Assembly: GCA_016182605.1 (NCBI GenBank)
Contig: JACPGE010000107.1
Location: 10,631-74,630 of the forward strand
Direction: 5' to 3'
Length of the DNA stretch: 64,000 nucleotides
From: Candidatus Hydrogenedentota bacterium
GTDB taxonomy: Bacteria; Hydrogenedentota; Hydrogenedentia; Hydrogenedentales; JAEUWI01
The translations under genes and the position numbers were made by a program. Position 1 is the stretch's first letter; each line of letters starts with the position of its first letter. The notes under the pieces are model-generated. The model worked only from the letters and a program-made list of their open reading frames with translations. It did no database searches and was not told the DNA's origin. Of the stretch, positions 29,636-39,699 are shown piece after piece.

Positions 29636-32600
29636 ATGCTCGTTCCCCATTTTCTGCGCACCGAAGGCTCGACCCACCCACACGGGCTCAGCCAGCCCCA
29701 ACCCCGCCTGAGCTGGGGGCTTGCAACGCGCGATCCGGCGCAGCGCCAGACCGCGTACCAAATCCAGGTGGCCGCATCAGAAAGAGATCTTCGCGAAGGC
29801 GCGCCGCTCCTCTGGGACAGCGGCAAGATTCCGTCGGCAGAAACGTCGCATATTCCCTTTGAAGGCACGGCGCTGCGATCGCGCCAACGGTGTTTCTGGC
29901 ATGTCCGTGTGTGGGATGCCAACGATGCCGTCTCCCCCTACAGCGATCCCGCCATGTGGAGCATGGGCCTGCTCGAAGCCGCCGATTGGCGGGCCGCCTG
30001 GGTGGGCAATACGGCGGTTTCTCCGCCACTCCCCGGCGATTCGCGGGTGGAAACGCTCCGGAATGCGCCCTGGCACAGATTCAATGGGGAGGATCTTCAG
30101 GAGAGCGGAACGCAGCTTCGTTATGACTTTCACTGGGATGCCCAGAAATGCAGGGGGCCGCAACTGTGGCTGTCGAGCACGAACCCGGTAGAGTTGACCG
30201 TAAATGGGAAAAAACCGGACACCAACGCGGGTCAATCCGCTCCCCTGCGCGAGGTGGCCGCGTGGCGCCTGGATGCGCTCCTTCATGATGGACGTAATCC
30301 AATCGAGATGCGGATCCGGCCCCTGGAGGGGCCCGCCTATCTGCGCGGCGCACTGCTTTGGGAGGAGGTATCGGGGAAACCGCACTTCGCTCCCGTCGAC
30401 GCATCGTGGTTTGACGGGCCGGGCACCCGCGCCGCCACTGTGACAAACGGACTGGAGATTGCCCATCCGCGTGACCTCCAGGCCTGCCCCCTATTTGTAA
30501 AAGAATTCACCTGCGCGGAGATTCCTGAACGCGCGGCGCTTTACATCAGCGCGTTGGGTATCCACGAGGTTACCCTGAACGGGGAAGCCATAAGCGCCGA
30601 TCTTTTCCGGCCCGGCTGGACGGACTACGCGCGGCGTTTGCACTATGATGCGTACGATGTGGCGCCGCTGATCCGGAAGGGCGCGAACGCGTTGCGGGTA
30701 ACGCTTGCCGGGGGCTGGTGCCTGGGCTATCTGGGCTGGGAATTCGCGCATGAAGTCTATGCCCGGCAAAGCGCTTTTATTTTACAGCTTGAACTGAGCG
30801 ATGCGACGGGTCTTCGCCGCATTTGCAGCGATGAAACCTGGCGGACGGGCTTTGGCAACCTGCTCCGCGCGGATCTCTATCACGGCTGCCGCTACGTGCA
30901 TGGCCGTGTTTCGCAGCGGTGGGACGCGTTCGTGGGGGGATCGCGCGCGTGGCCGCAGGCCTCCGTGATTCCGGTGAAGAGGCCCGTTCTCGCGCACCAA
31001 GCCTACGAACCGGCGCGGCGCATTGCCGAGTTGCCGCCCGTATCCATTGCTGCTTCGCGGCATGGCGCTTGGATCGTGGATTTCGGCCAGAACATCGCGG
31101 GGTGGGCGGAACTGCTCATCACGCCGGATTGCGGCGATGTGGTGACGCTACGCTACGCCGAAGTGCTCTCCGAAGACCAGGAACTCTTCACCCGCAGCCT
31201 GCGCAGCGCCTGTGCGGAAGACGTCTTTCACGGACGCGTGGACGAAGCGGTATGGTTTGCGCCGCAATTCACCTTTCATGGTTTCCGTTATGTCGAGATT
31301 GCGGGATACGGCGGCCAGCCCGAGTCAGGCGCTATTCGCGCGGTGCTGTGCAGCTCGGACCTGCGCTCCAGCTCCGAGTTCGATTGCGGCGTGCCCGCGT
31401 TGAATCGCCTGGTGGAGAATACGCGCTGGAGCCAGCGCGGCAATTTCCTGGAAGTGCCCACCGACTGCCCGCAACGCGACGAGCGGCTGGGCTGGTTGGG
31501 CGATGCGCAGGTATTCGCAGGCGCCGCCATGTTCAACATGGACTGCGAAGCCTTCTTCGAAAAATGGGTGAACGATCTCCGGGACGCGCAATCCGAAGCG
31601 GGCGCCTTTCCCGACGTGGCCCCGCGCGCCACCTACCCCAAGGACGGGGCCCCCGCCTGGGGAGACGCCGGGGTGATCATTCCGTGGAAGATGTACTGCT
31701 GCTACGGTGACGCGGGCGTGTTGCGCCGGCACTACGACGGGATGCGCCGCTGGGTGGACTTCATCCATGAAGGCAATCCGGATCTGCTGCGGGTGAAGCG
31801 GGTGGGCGCAAACTACGGCGATTGGGTGAGCCAGGACGCACGCACACCAAAGGAACTCGTAGCGACGGCCTATTTCTCTTACGTCACAAAGCTGCTCGCA
31901 CGTATTGCGGCCGTTTGCGGCGACCGTGCATCAGCCGCCCACTACTGCCAACTCGCGCGCGCGATCGATCAGGCCTTCCGCACCCGCTTCGTCGACGCCC
32001 AGGGCGCGTTGATTCCCGGCACCCAGACGGCTTATGCGCTGGCCGTGAACTTCCGCCTGCTCACGCCGGCACAGATGCAGGCCGTGCGCGCACCTTTCGA
32101 AAACGCGCTCGCCGAACGGGACCATCTCCTGTCCACCGGCTTTCTCGGCACGCCCGCACTGCTGCCTGCCCTGGACGCGGCGGGTCTGGCACACCGTGCC
32201 GTGGACCTCCTGCTCTCGGATCGGTGTCCGTCGTGGCTCTACCCCATCACGCATGGCGCCACCACCATCTGGGAACGGTGGGACGCACGCACGAAAGATG
32301 GGAGTTTCTTCGATGACGAAATGCTCTCCTTCAATCACTATGCCTTCGGTGCGGTCTGCGAGTGGATCTACCGGCGCATCGGCGGCATCAGCTATGACCC
32401 CGGTGCGCCCGGCTTCCGGCATATCCGCATCACACCGTTATTGAGTGAAAGGATCGGGCGCGCACGTTTTCAGTACGACTCCATACGCGGTCCGATCGGT
32501 GTGCGCTGGGAGCGAAGCGGCGGCAGCGTACAGATTGAAGTGAGCACACCGCCGAACACGCGATGCACCGCCGCACTGCCGTTGAATCCAGGTTCCCTGT

Positions 32601-32803
32601 TGCTCAATGGGGAGATCGCGTCCGCGCGTTCACCAGACGCGGGACAACGGATAGACACCGGCGCTTGCGGTGTGGAAGTGCATCTGGAACCCGGTTACCA
32701 CGTGTTTGAAGGGGAGATCGGCGAAGCGGGGGACGTGTGGCGCCCTTTCACGGACTTCGCGGATGTGGAAGATATCGAAACGGGCCTGGACTCACAACCC
32801 TGA
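29636..32803 (+). CDS. Alpha-L-rhamnosidase (GH78)
   Basis: LLWDSGK, PGWTDY, VDFGQNIAG, FTFHGFRY, VPTDCPQRDERLGWLGD, GATTIWERW, SFNHYAFG. Confidence 0.93.
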   Translation: MLVPHFLRTEGSTHPHGLSQPQPRLSWGLATRDPAQRQTAYQIQVAASERDLREGAPLLWDSGKIPSAETSHIPFEGTALRSRQRCFWHVRVWDANDAVSPYSDPAMWSMGLLEAADWRAAWVGNTAVSPPLPGDSRVETLRNAPWHRFNGEDLQESGTQLRYDFHWDAQKCRGPQLWLSSTNPVELTVNGKKPDTNAGQSAPLREVAAWRLDALLHDGRNPIEMRIRPLEGPAYLRGALLWEEVSGKPHFAPVDASWFDGPGTRAATVTNGLEIAHPRDLQACPLFVKEFTCAEIPERAALYISALGIHEVTLNGEAISADLFRPGWTDYARRLHYDAYDVAPLIRKGANALRVTLAGGWCLGYLGWEFAHEVYARQSAFILQLELSDATGLRRICSDETWRTGFGNLLRADLYHGCRYVHGRVSQRWDAFVGGSRAWPQASVIPVKRPVLAHQAYEPARRIAELPPVSIAASRHGAWIVDFGQNIAGWAELLITPDCGDVVTLRYAEVLSEDQELFTRSLRSACAEDVFHGRVDEAVWFAPQFTFHGFRYVEIAGYGGQPESGAIRAVLCSSDLRSSSEFDCGVPALNRLVENTRWSQRGNFLEVPTDCPQRDERLGWLGDAQVFAGAAMFNMDCEAFFEKWVNDLRDAQSEAGAFPDVAPRATYPKDGAPAWGDAGVIIPWKMYCCYGDAGVLRRHYDGMRRWVDFIHEGNPDLLRVKRVGANYGDWVSQDARTPKELVATAYFSYVTKLLARIAAVCGDRASAAHYCQLARAIDQAFRTRFVDAQGALIPGTQTAYALAVNFRLLTPAQMQAVRAPFENALAERDHLLSTGFLGTPALLPALDAAGLAHRAVDLLLSDRCPSWLYPITHGATTIWERWDARTKDGSFFDDEMLSFNHYAFGAVCEWIYRRIGGISYDPGAPGFRHIRITPLLSERIGRARFQYDSIRGPIGVRWERSGGSVQIEVSTPPNTRCTAALPLNPGSLLLNGEIASARSPDAGQRIDTGACGVEVHLEPGYHVFEGEIGEAGDVWRPFTDFADVEDIETGLDSQP

Positions 32804-32816
32804 TTGAAAGTGTCAC

Positions 32817-35288
32817 ATGAAAGAACTGCATCTCCTCTGCAACGCCCACCTCGATCCCGTTTGGCTGTGGAATTGGGAAGAAGGCGCCGGCGAGGCGGTG
32901 GCCACCTTCCGCGTCGCAGCCGATCTGTGCGAACAGTTTCCCGTGCTGATCTTCAACCACAACGAATCGCTCCTTTACCGCTGGGTGGAAGAGTATGAGC
33001 CCGCGCTCTTCGCATGTATTCAACGCCTCGTGGAGGCGGGGCGCTGGCACATCATGGGCGGATGGTATCTCCAGCCTGACTGCAACCTGCCCAGCGGCGA
33101 GGCCATGGTGCGGCAAGTGCTTCACGGACGGCGCTACTTCGCGGAGAAGTTCGGGGCGCGGCCGCGCACGGCGATCAACTTCGATTCCTTCGGCCACAGC
33201 CGCGGCCTGGTGCAGATTCTGACCCAGGCAGGCTTTGACAGCTACATCCACACCCGCCCTTCCGCCACGGAGTTCGCCTATCCCGCGGAGGAATACCGCT
33301 GGACCGGATTCGACGGCTCAGCACTGAAAGTGCACCACGAAATCGCTTACAGCACGCGCAAGGGCAAGGCCGTGGAAAAGATCGCGGCGTGGCTGGACGA
33401 TCACGCGCCCGGAACGCGCGGACTCCTGCTCTGGGGTATCGGCAATCATGGCGGTGGGCCCTCACGCGAGGACCTGGAGCGCATTGCGCGGTTTATGCAG
33501 GAGCGAGGGGAGGATCGCATCGTCCATTCGACGCCGGAGCGTTTTTTCGATAGTGTGGACCGTGCGGCACTCCCGGAAACCGCCACGAGTCTGCGTCCGT
33601 GCTTTACCGGCTGCTACACGTCGCAGGCGCGGATCAAACAGCGCTACCGCGCCCTGGAAAACGAATTGCTCCTCGCGGAGAAGATGGCATCGCATGCGGC
33701 GCTGGCCGCATTGATGGCCTATCCCAAACAGGCGTTGCGGGAGGCGTGCGAGGACATGCTCTTCGCGCAGTTTCATGACATCCTGGCGGGCTCGTCCATC
33801 CAGCCGGCCGAGGAGGCCAGTCTGCGGCAGTTGGAACATGGGCTGGAGATCCTGTCGCGAGTGAAGGCCCGGGCCTTCTTTGCGCTTGCGGCGGGAGAGC
33901 GTGCCGCGGGCGAAGGCGAGATCCCTCTGCTCGTCTACAACCCGCATCCCTTTGCGCTTCAACGCACAATCGACATGGAGTTTACACTGGAGGATGTGTA
34001 CCTGGATGGCGAGTATTTCGAGCCCGTGCTCTTTCAGGATGGCGTGGAGATCCCGTCTCAATGCGAGCGCGAAGCCTGCAACCTGCCCATCGAATTCAGG
34101 AAACGCGTGGTCTTTCTGGCCGCATTGAAACCGGCCCAGATGAATCGCATCGACTGCCGCCTGATCCCGCGAAACGGACCGCCTGCGCCTCCAGCCACAA
34201 TTCAGAACGAACTCATAACAGTCGCCACACCCCATGCCACCCTCTCAATCGGTGTGCACACCGGCCTGGTGGAGGCCTACGAGGTTGATGGGACGTCCTG
34301 CCTTGCGCCCGGCTCCTTTATGCCCGTGGTGCTGAACGATGTGGATGACCCCTGGGGCCTGGAGATTCACCGCTTCGAGGAAGAAGGCGAATCTTTTCAG
34401 ATCATGAGCCCGGAGCAGGTTCAGGCTGCGACGTGTTTGCCGGAGCCCCTCCGCGATGCCGTGCGCATTATTGAAGACGGTCCGGTGCGTACCGTTGTGG
34501 AAGCGTTGTTTCAATACGGCGCCTCCGTCATCTGCCAGCGCTATCTGATCTCGAAGCATTCCGCGGAGTTCGGCGTGGAGACGCGGGTTTATTGGAGCGA
34601 GCAGCACAAGATGCTCAAGCTTCAGGCGCTCACCACCCTGCCGGAGGGCGATCTCTTCGGGCAAACCCTTTACGGCACGGAGCAGTTGCCTTCCGACGGC
34701 GCCGAGAACGTGGCCCACCGCTGGATCGCCGTGCTAGACCATGCCACGGACCGCGCCTTGACCGTGATCAACGACGGCACCTACGGCCTGGATTTCAACC
34801 GGGGAAGGCTGCGCCTCTCGCTCCTGCGTTCCTCCGGATATGCGGCCATGCCCTTTCAGGGGAGGCGTGCCATGCCTGCGGATCGCTTCTCGCCGCGGAT
34901 CGATCAGGGCGAGCGCGTCTTTCGCTTCTGGGTCAACGCGGGGCCGCGCCCGGCGCGGATGGAGCGGGTCCACGGCGAATCCCAAGCGCACAATGAAACG
35001 CCCATGGCACTGGCCTACTTCCCTCCTGGCTCCTGGCCGGTGGCGGGCATCAATGCAACGATCGACAAGCACGCCATACAACTCACGGCGTTCAAGCAGG
35101 CGGAGGACCGCGACGACTGCTTCATCCTCCGGCTCTTCGAAGCCACGGGGACGCCACAGAGCGCAACGCTGCGCCTCCACGGATTCAATCTGGCGCGGGA
35201 CCTGCGCTTCAACGCCTTCGAGATCAAGTCGCTCCAACTCGACACCCTGACCGGCGCCCTGCGGGAATGCACCCTGCTCGAAGAATAG
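32817..35288 (+). CDS. Alpha-mannosidase (GH38)
   Basis: NAHLDPVWLW, QPDCNLPSGE, DSFGH, GIGNHGGGP, QFHDILAG. Confidence 0.93.
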   Translation: MKELHLLCNAHLDPVWLWNWEEGAGEAVATFRVAADLCEQFPVLIFNHNESLLYRWVEEYEPALFACIQRLVEAGRWHIMGGWYLQPDCNLPSGEAMVRQVLHGRRYFAEKFGARPRTAINFDSFGHSRGLVQILTQAGFDSYIHTRPSATEFAYPAEEYRWTGFDGSALKVHHEIAYSTRKGKAVEKIAAWLDDHAPGTRGLLLWGIGNHGGGPSREDLERIARFMQERGEDRIVHSTPERFFDSVDRAALPETATSLRPCFTGCYTSQARIKQRYRALENELLLAEKMASHAALAALMAYPKQALREACEDMLFAQFHDILAGSSIQPAEEASLRQLEHGLEILSRVKARAFFALAAGERAAGEGEIPLLVYNPHPFALQRTIDMEFTLEDVYLDGEYFEPVLFQDGVEIPSQCEREACNLPIEFRKRVVFLAALKPAQMNRIDCRLIPRNGPPAPPATIQNELITVATPHATLSIGVHTGLVEAYEVDGTSCLAPGSFMPVVLNDVDDPWGLEIHRFEEEGESFQIMSPEQVQAATCLPEPLRDAVRIIEDGPVRTVVEALFQYGASVICQRYLISKHSAEFGVETRVYWSEQHKMLKLQALTTLPEGDLFGQTLYGTEQLPSDGAENVAHRWIAVLDHATDRALTVINDGTYGLDFNRGRLRLSLLRSSGYAAMPFQGRRAMPADRFSPRIDQGERVFRFWVNAGPRPARMERVHGESQAHNETPMALAYFPPGSWPVAGINATIDKHAIQLTAFKQAEDRDDCFILRLFEATGTPQSATLRLHGFNLARDLRFNAFEIKSLQLDTLTGALRECTLLEE

Positions 35289-35297
35289 CCGCGCGAA

Positions 35298-36872
35298 TCA
35301 GGCCTCGAGTTCCACCTGAACCACGACCAGGCTGAGCGCGGGCGCTTCCACCACGAGCACCTCTTTCGAAAGGAAGGCCTTGCCTTCGCAGGGCACAACG
35401 GCGCCGGGCGATTCCCACGTGTTCGCGGCATGGGGATCGTCCCCGGAAAGCTCCTGCACGCCGAGGATGCGCTTGATCTTGCCGCCGCCGATCTCGATGT
35501 CCGAGATCACGGCCCTCTCGGTATCGCGGTTCACGAGAAAAATGCTGGCCTGATCGCAGGCATCGGTGACAGTCGCCGCCACGTCAAGCACGGGAACGTG
35601 TTCCTTGTTGCCGGCCTTGTAGGATCTACACCGGACATGACAGGAAAGGGCGGTGCCACCGGCTGCCTGCGAGTAAAGAAGGAAAGGATAGTAGATGCTT
35701 TGCGCGAGCACCCCGTTTTTCCGGGTGAGCACGGGCGCGATGACATTGACCACCTGCGCAATGCACGCGATCTTCACGATATCCGCGTTGCGTATGAAGC
35801 TGCTCAGGTACTGGGCCACGACCAGCGCGTCTTCCAGATTGTATTGCTCTTCCAGCAGGGGCGGCGCTTCGCTCCACCATTGCTCCGCGGATTTCTCATC
35901 GCGGTACCACACATTCCATTCATCGAAGGCCACGTAGATGGGCTTCTTGCTTTTCTTTTTGGCCTGAACAAAACGAATGAGCGCGCGATAGTCTTCCAGC
36001 ATCTCGTCGATGACCACGCCTTCCGCCAGAAACTGACGGGTGTCCCGCATGGGATTTTTGCTGTAGTGGTGCGCGGAGACGTAGTCCACAAGGCTCCAGC
36101 ATTCTTCGAGCACCGCCTGATCCCAGGTCATATACGTGGACATCGCGGGCACGGTGGAGCCGCACAGAACCACTTCGATGCTGGGGTCGAGGCCCTTCAT
36201 GAGCTGCGCGGATTCGTAGGCGCGGCGCGCGTAGACCGAAGCCGGGCAGTGCCCCGCCTGCCAGGGGCCGTCCATTTCGTTGCCAAGGCCCCACAGGCGG
36301 ATGCCATACGGTTCGGGATGGCCATTCGCGGCGCGCTGATCGGACCAATAGGTCCCGGCCGGCAGGTTGCAGTACTCCAGCAGTTCCGCCGCGTCGCGGG
36401 CGTTGCCCGTTCCCAGATTCACCACCATCATCGGATCGGTCCCAAGCGCGCGGCACCAGGCAACGAATTCATCCACGCCGAACCGATTCGATTCGAGCGT
36501 CTTCCACGCAAAATCCGGCCGCACTCGCCGCTGCTCCCGCGGGCCAATGCCGTCGCGCCAATCGTAGTTGCTCACAAAATTGCCGCCGGGATAGCGCACT
36601 GCGGCCATGTGCAGCGGCTTCAGGAGATCCAGCACGTCTTTGCGAAATCCCGCCGCGTCGCTCAACGCATTCCCTGGATCGAAGAGGCCGCCATAGACTA
36701 CCCGGCCAATGTGCTCGGCAAATCCGGAGAATATTCTCCGGTCCACTTTGCCGGCCGTGCGTCTGAGGTCCAGATGCACCATCGCGTCGCTTCGCTTCCG
36801 GTGATTTCCCTCCCGGGCAAAGTCTTGGGCGGGCGCGGCACTGGTAGTTGGTTGGACGATCAACTCTGACAT
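35298..36872 (-). CDS. Cytoplasmic alpha-L-arabinofuranosidase (GH51)
   Basis: FAEHIGR, RYPGGNFVS, WGLGNEMDGPWQ, AFDEWNVW, AQVVNVIAP; no signal peptide. Confidence 0.92.
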   Translation of the reverse strand: MSELIVQPTTSAAPAQDFAREGNHRKRSDAMVHLDLRRTAGKVDRRIFSGFAEHIGRVVYGGLFDPGNALSDAAGFRKDVLDLLKPLHMAAVRYPGGNFVSNYDWRDGIGPREQRRVRPDFAWKTLESNRFGVDEFVAWCRALGTDPMMVVNLGTGNARDAAELLEYCNLPAGTYWSDQRAANGHPEPYGIRLWGLGNEMDGPWQAGHCPASVYARRAYESAQLMKGLDPSIEVVLCGSTVPAMSTYMTWDQAVLEECWSLVDYVSAHHYSKNPMRDTRQFLAEGVVIDEMLEDYRALIRFVQAKKKSKKPIYVAFDEWNVWYRDEKSAEQWWSEAPPLLEEQYNLEDALVVAQYLSSFIRNADIVKIACIAQVVNVIAPVLTRKNGVLAQSIYYPFLLYSQAAGGTALSCHVRCRSYKAGNKEHVPVLDVAATVTDACDQASIFLVNRDTERAVISDIEIGGGKIKRILGVQELSGDDPHAANTWESPGAVVPCEGKAFLSKEVLVVEAPALSLVVVQVELEA

Positions 36873-37200
36873 TGTAGGGGTGTTCTCCTGTTTCGGTCGG
36901 CGGAAAAGATCGCAGGCAGCCCAAGGGATGTATTCACGAACTCCGCCAGAAGCAAGATCGGACGCACGCTAGATTCGGCGGGCACTGCGGGCGTGAGCGG
37001 GGTGAAGTGGCGCACTGGAAAGCCTGGGATCGGCATCGAATTCTCCGCAGTTGAAGCTCGTAGAGGCAAGGTACTGCCGGTTTCGAGCCCTGCTTGATTC
37101 TCCACGAGGAAAATACAATCGCAAACCATTTTGTTTCAAGCACTTAGCTATTCGAAACACCTTTAAGGAGCCGTCCCGCAGGGCTGGACTACTTAATACC

Positions 37201-37229
37201 ATTATAACGATCTGGGGTCAAGTTGTCAA
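37201..37229 (-). promoter_or_regulatory. Consensus sigma70 promoter for the cytoplasmic GH51, overlapped by the operator-like box
   Basis: Minus strand TTGACA-acttgaccccagatcgt(17 bp)-TATAAT, continuing as TAATGGTATTAA. Confidence 0.8.
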
Positions 37230-37461
37230 TTTAAACCGTGGCCGGAAGCCACTCCGATTCGGAACGCCCCGAAGTCTTCACCCGAAATGGCGCGTGCTCC
37301 CTAAAGTCTCGGGAAAGTTTCGCTTACGGCGTACCAGAACCCGCCGGCGAACGCACATAGCGCCGCTGCGGGGCGGCATACCTACCGGAAAGTACAGCCG
37401 CGCCAGGGCGAAAAAAAAGAGACCAATTGCGAAATTCAGGAACATGATCGAAGATCGGGCG

Positions 37462-39699
37462 TCATTTGGGTGTCTGCGGCGCGGGCGCAACGCCCGTTTT
37501 GAAGCGGAGCCGGGTGAGCGAATGCTTCGGAAACGTGTGGAGCAGGACGGCATCGGACTCAAGCGGGATGCTGGACGTCTCAATCCGCACCCGATCGGGC
37601 CTGGCGAAGGCGTTGCGCGCCAAGACCGAGTCCGCAGTCAATACGGCCACCTCAACGGAATTGCCGGCCACGCCACGAAGGGCAATCCTGCACGAAACCG
37701 GCGCCTCCAGGTTTCTGTTTACGACAAACAATTCGGCCTCGCCATTTTCGAAAATGCGGGCAGACGCATCCAGTTCGGGAACGTGGCGGGTTGCATCATG
37801 AGGGCGCAACGGCTCGACCTTGAAACTATCGCACACGGTGCGCACCTCCACCGCACGGCAGCGCTCCCGTGTGGCGTAGAGCTGCATCATCAATCCGCAG
37901 GGAGAAACGTGCAGCGCGTCCCGGCGGATGCCGATCTCGCCCACGGCATAGGCATAGAGCAGGGTCTTGTTGGCCAGGGCAAAATCGGCGGGCCGGCGCT
38001 GCATCAGATTCATGATCGTGGCCTCGCCCAGGGCGCTGCGCAGCATCTCCAGCGATCCATCCAGCCCGATGCCTGCGGGGTCCGCCTCCTTGCTCACTTC
38101 AATCTCCGTCAGATTGCTTTCGTTCTGTGCCCACGTGGCCCATTCGTCCAGGGCGATGGGGATGTGTTTGCCTGCCGGCGCGAGGCTGCGGACCAGTTCC
38201 TGCAAACGGTCCAGGCGCTCTTCGAGAGCCAGGGCCGGCGCCATGCACAGTTGGTTCACGTGTTCCCTCGATTGCGCCTTCTCCACGCCGCCGGGATCGT
38301 AGAAATGAATGGAGATCAGGTCCACCTGATCGCCCGCTTCCTCCATCAGGCCGCGGGTCCAGTCGTGGAAGTAGCGAAGCAGTTGCCATTGCTCCGGGTC
38401 CCGCTGCGCGCGCGCGGCTTCCTCCGCCGCAAGATCGAAACAGCCCACGGCCACCAGTCGAATGCCGGGATCGACCGCGCGCATGGCTTCGGCGAAGCGG
38501 CGGAATCCCCGCCCATAGTCGCGGCCACTGGTGCTGCCAAACTCGTTCGGCAAATAGATCTCGTTGCCCACGTTCCAATACCGGACATTAAACGGCTCGG
38601 GATGGCCGTGTTGTGTGCGCAAACGGCCGCCGGGGGTGCTGGCCGCACCGTTGCAGTATTCCACCCAGGCCGCGGCCTGCTCCGCGGTGCCCGTGCCGTA
38701 GTTCACGCAAAGATAGGGCTCGGCGCGCAGGCGGCGGCAGAGGTGAATGAATTCATCGGTGCCCACGTCGTTCGGCGTGAAACTCTTCCACGCGCGGTTG
38801 TAGGTGACCGGGCGCCGATCGACGGGTCCAATCCCGTCGCGCCAGTCGTAGTCATCCGCGAAGCAGCCGCCCGGCCAGCGGAGTATCGTGGGCATGATCT
38901 GATTCGTGAGTTCGATCACATCCTTGCGGAATCCGCCATCGTCCTTGCCGTCTTCCGTAAGGCTCAGCGAATCGATCCACACCGTCCCCGGCTCGCGGAT
39001 GCAAACCAGGAAGCGTCCGTCCTCAACGGTCCGCATGGGAGTCAAGAGACGCTCGACCACGACCCAATCCCTGCCCTGCGGCGCAATCGTTGTTTCCGCA
39101 GCCAGTGCATCCGCCGCCGTTCCCAGGCCCACATGCACGGACACAGGATCGTTGCCCTGCCGGATCGCGAGCCGGACCCGGTAAGTTGTGCCAGCCTTGA
39201 AGCGAAAAGGGTAAGGCACGCGCTTCAACGGCGTGAGGTGTTTCAGCACGGGCTGAAACCCGGACTGCCAGACACCCGCGGGACCTGCGGCCGCATCGAG
39301 CAGGGTAAGGCGCTGCGCAAAGGGCGCACTGAAATGGACGTTCTTGTCGAGCGCGAGCGTAACGGCCGTGTCTTGCGTCAGGGGCGTCCAGCCTGCGCCA
39401 GTGCCCGATCGCAACACAATCAGTTTGTCCGTCTCCCCGGATTCGTCGATGCCGAACTTCCGGTTGAAGAGCCATTCATTGGACACGCCCCCTTCGAAGC
39501 TGGTCAGGGTCATCTCGGTGAAGTGTCCGAAGAGGAGGGGCGATATCTCCGCGCCCGCGCTGGCCAGATCAACCTGTATTTCCGCCACGGTGTGTGTTTC
39601 CTGTTCTTGTGCGGCGCTTTCATGCTGTGCCATCCCGGGCAGCAACGCGAACCACAGGCACAACGGCCCCCTGCGCCACGTATTACTCCCGCGCGACAT
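37462..39699 (-). CDS. Secreted GH51-like alpha-L-arabinofuranosidase with inserted CBM-like domain
   Basis: LFGHFTE, an approximately 190-aa beta-sandwich insert (LFNRKF...VWIDSLSL), RWPGGCFAD, VGTDEF, WNVGNE, IALDEW. Confidence 0.82.
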   Translation of the reverse strand: MSRGSNTWRRGPLCLWFALLPGMAQHESAAQEQETHTVAEIQVDLASAGAEISPLLFGHFTEMTLTSFEGGVSNEWLFNRKFGIDESGETDKLIVLRSGTGAGWTPLTQDTAVTLALDKNVHFSAPFAQRLTLLDAAAGPAGVWQSGFQPVLKHLTPLKRVPYPFRFKAGTTYRVRLAIRQGNDPVSVHVGLGTAADALAAETTIAPQGRDWVVVERLLTPMRTVEDGRFLVCIREPGTVWIDSLSLTEDGKDDGGFRKDVIELTNQIMPTILRWPGGCFADDYDWRDGIGPVDRRPVTYNRAWKSFTPNDVGTDEFIHLCRRLRAEPYLCVNYGTGTAEQAAAWVEYCNGAASTPGGRLRTQHGHPEPFNVRYWNVGNEIYLPNEFGSTSGRDYGRGFRRFAEAMRAVDPGIRLVAVGCFDLAAEEAARAQRDPEQWQLLRYFHDWTRGLMEEAGDQVDLISIHFYDPGGVEKAQSREHVNQLCMAPALALEERLDRLQELVRSLAPAGKHIPIALDEWATWAQNESNLTEIEVSKEADPAGIGLDGSLEMLRSALGEATIMNLMQRRPADFALANKTLLYAYAVGEIGIRRDALHVSPCGLMMQLYATRERCRAVEVRTVCDSFKVEPLRPHDATRHVPELDASARIFENGEAELFVVNRNLEAPVSCRIALRGVAGNSVEVAVLTADSVLARNAFARPDRVRIETSSIPLESDAVLLHTFPKHSLTRLRFKTGVAPAPQTPK

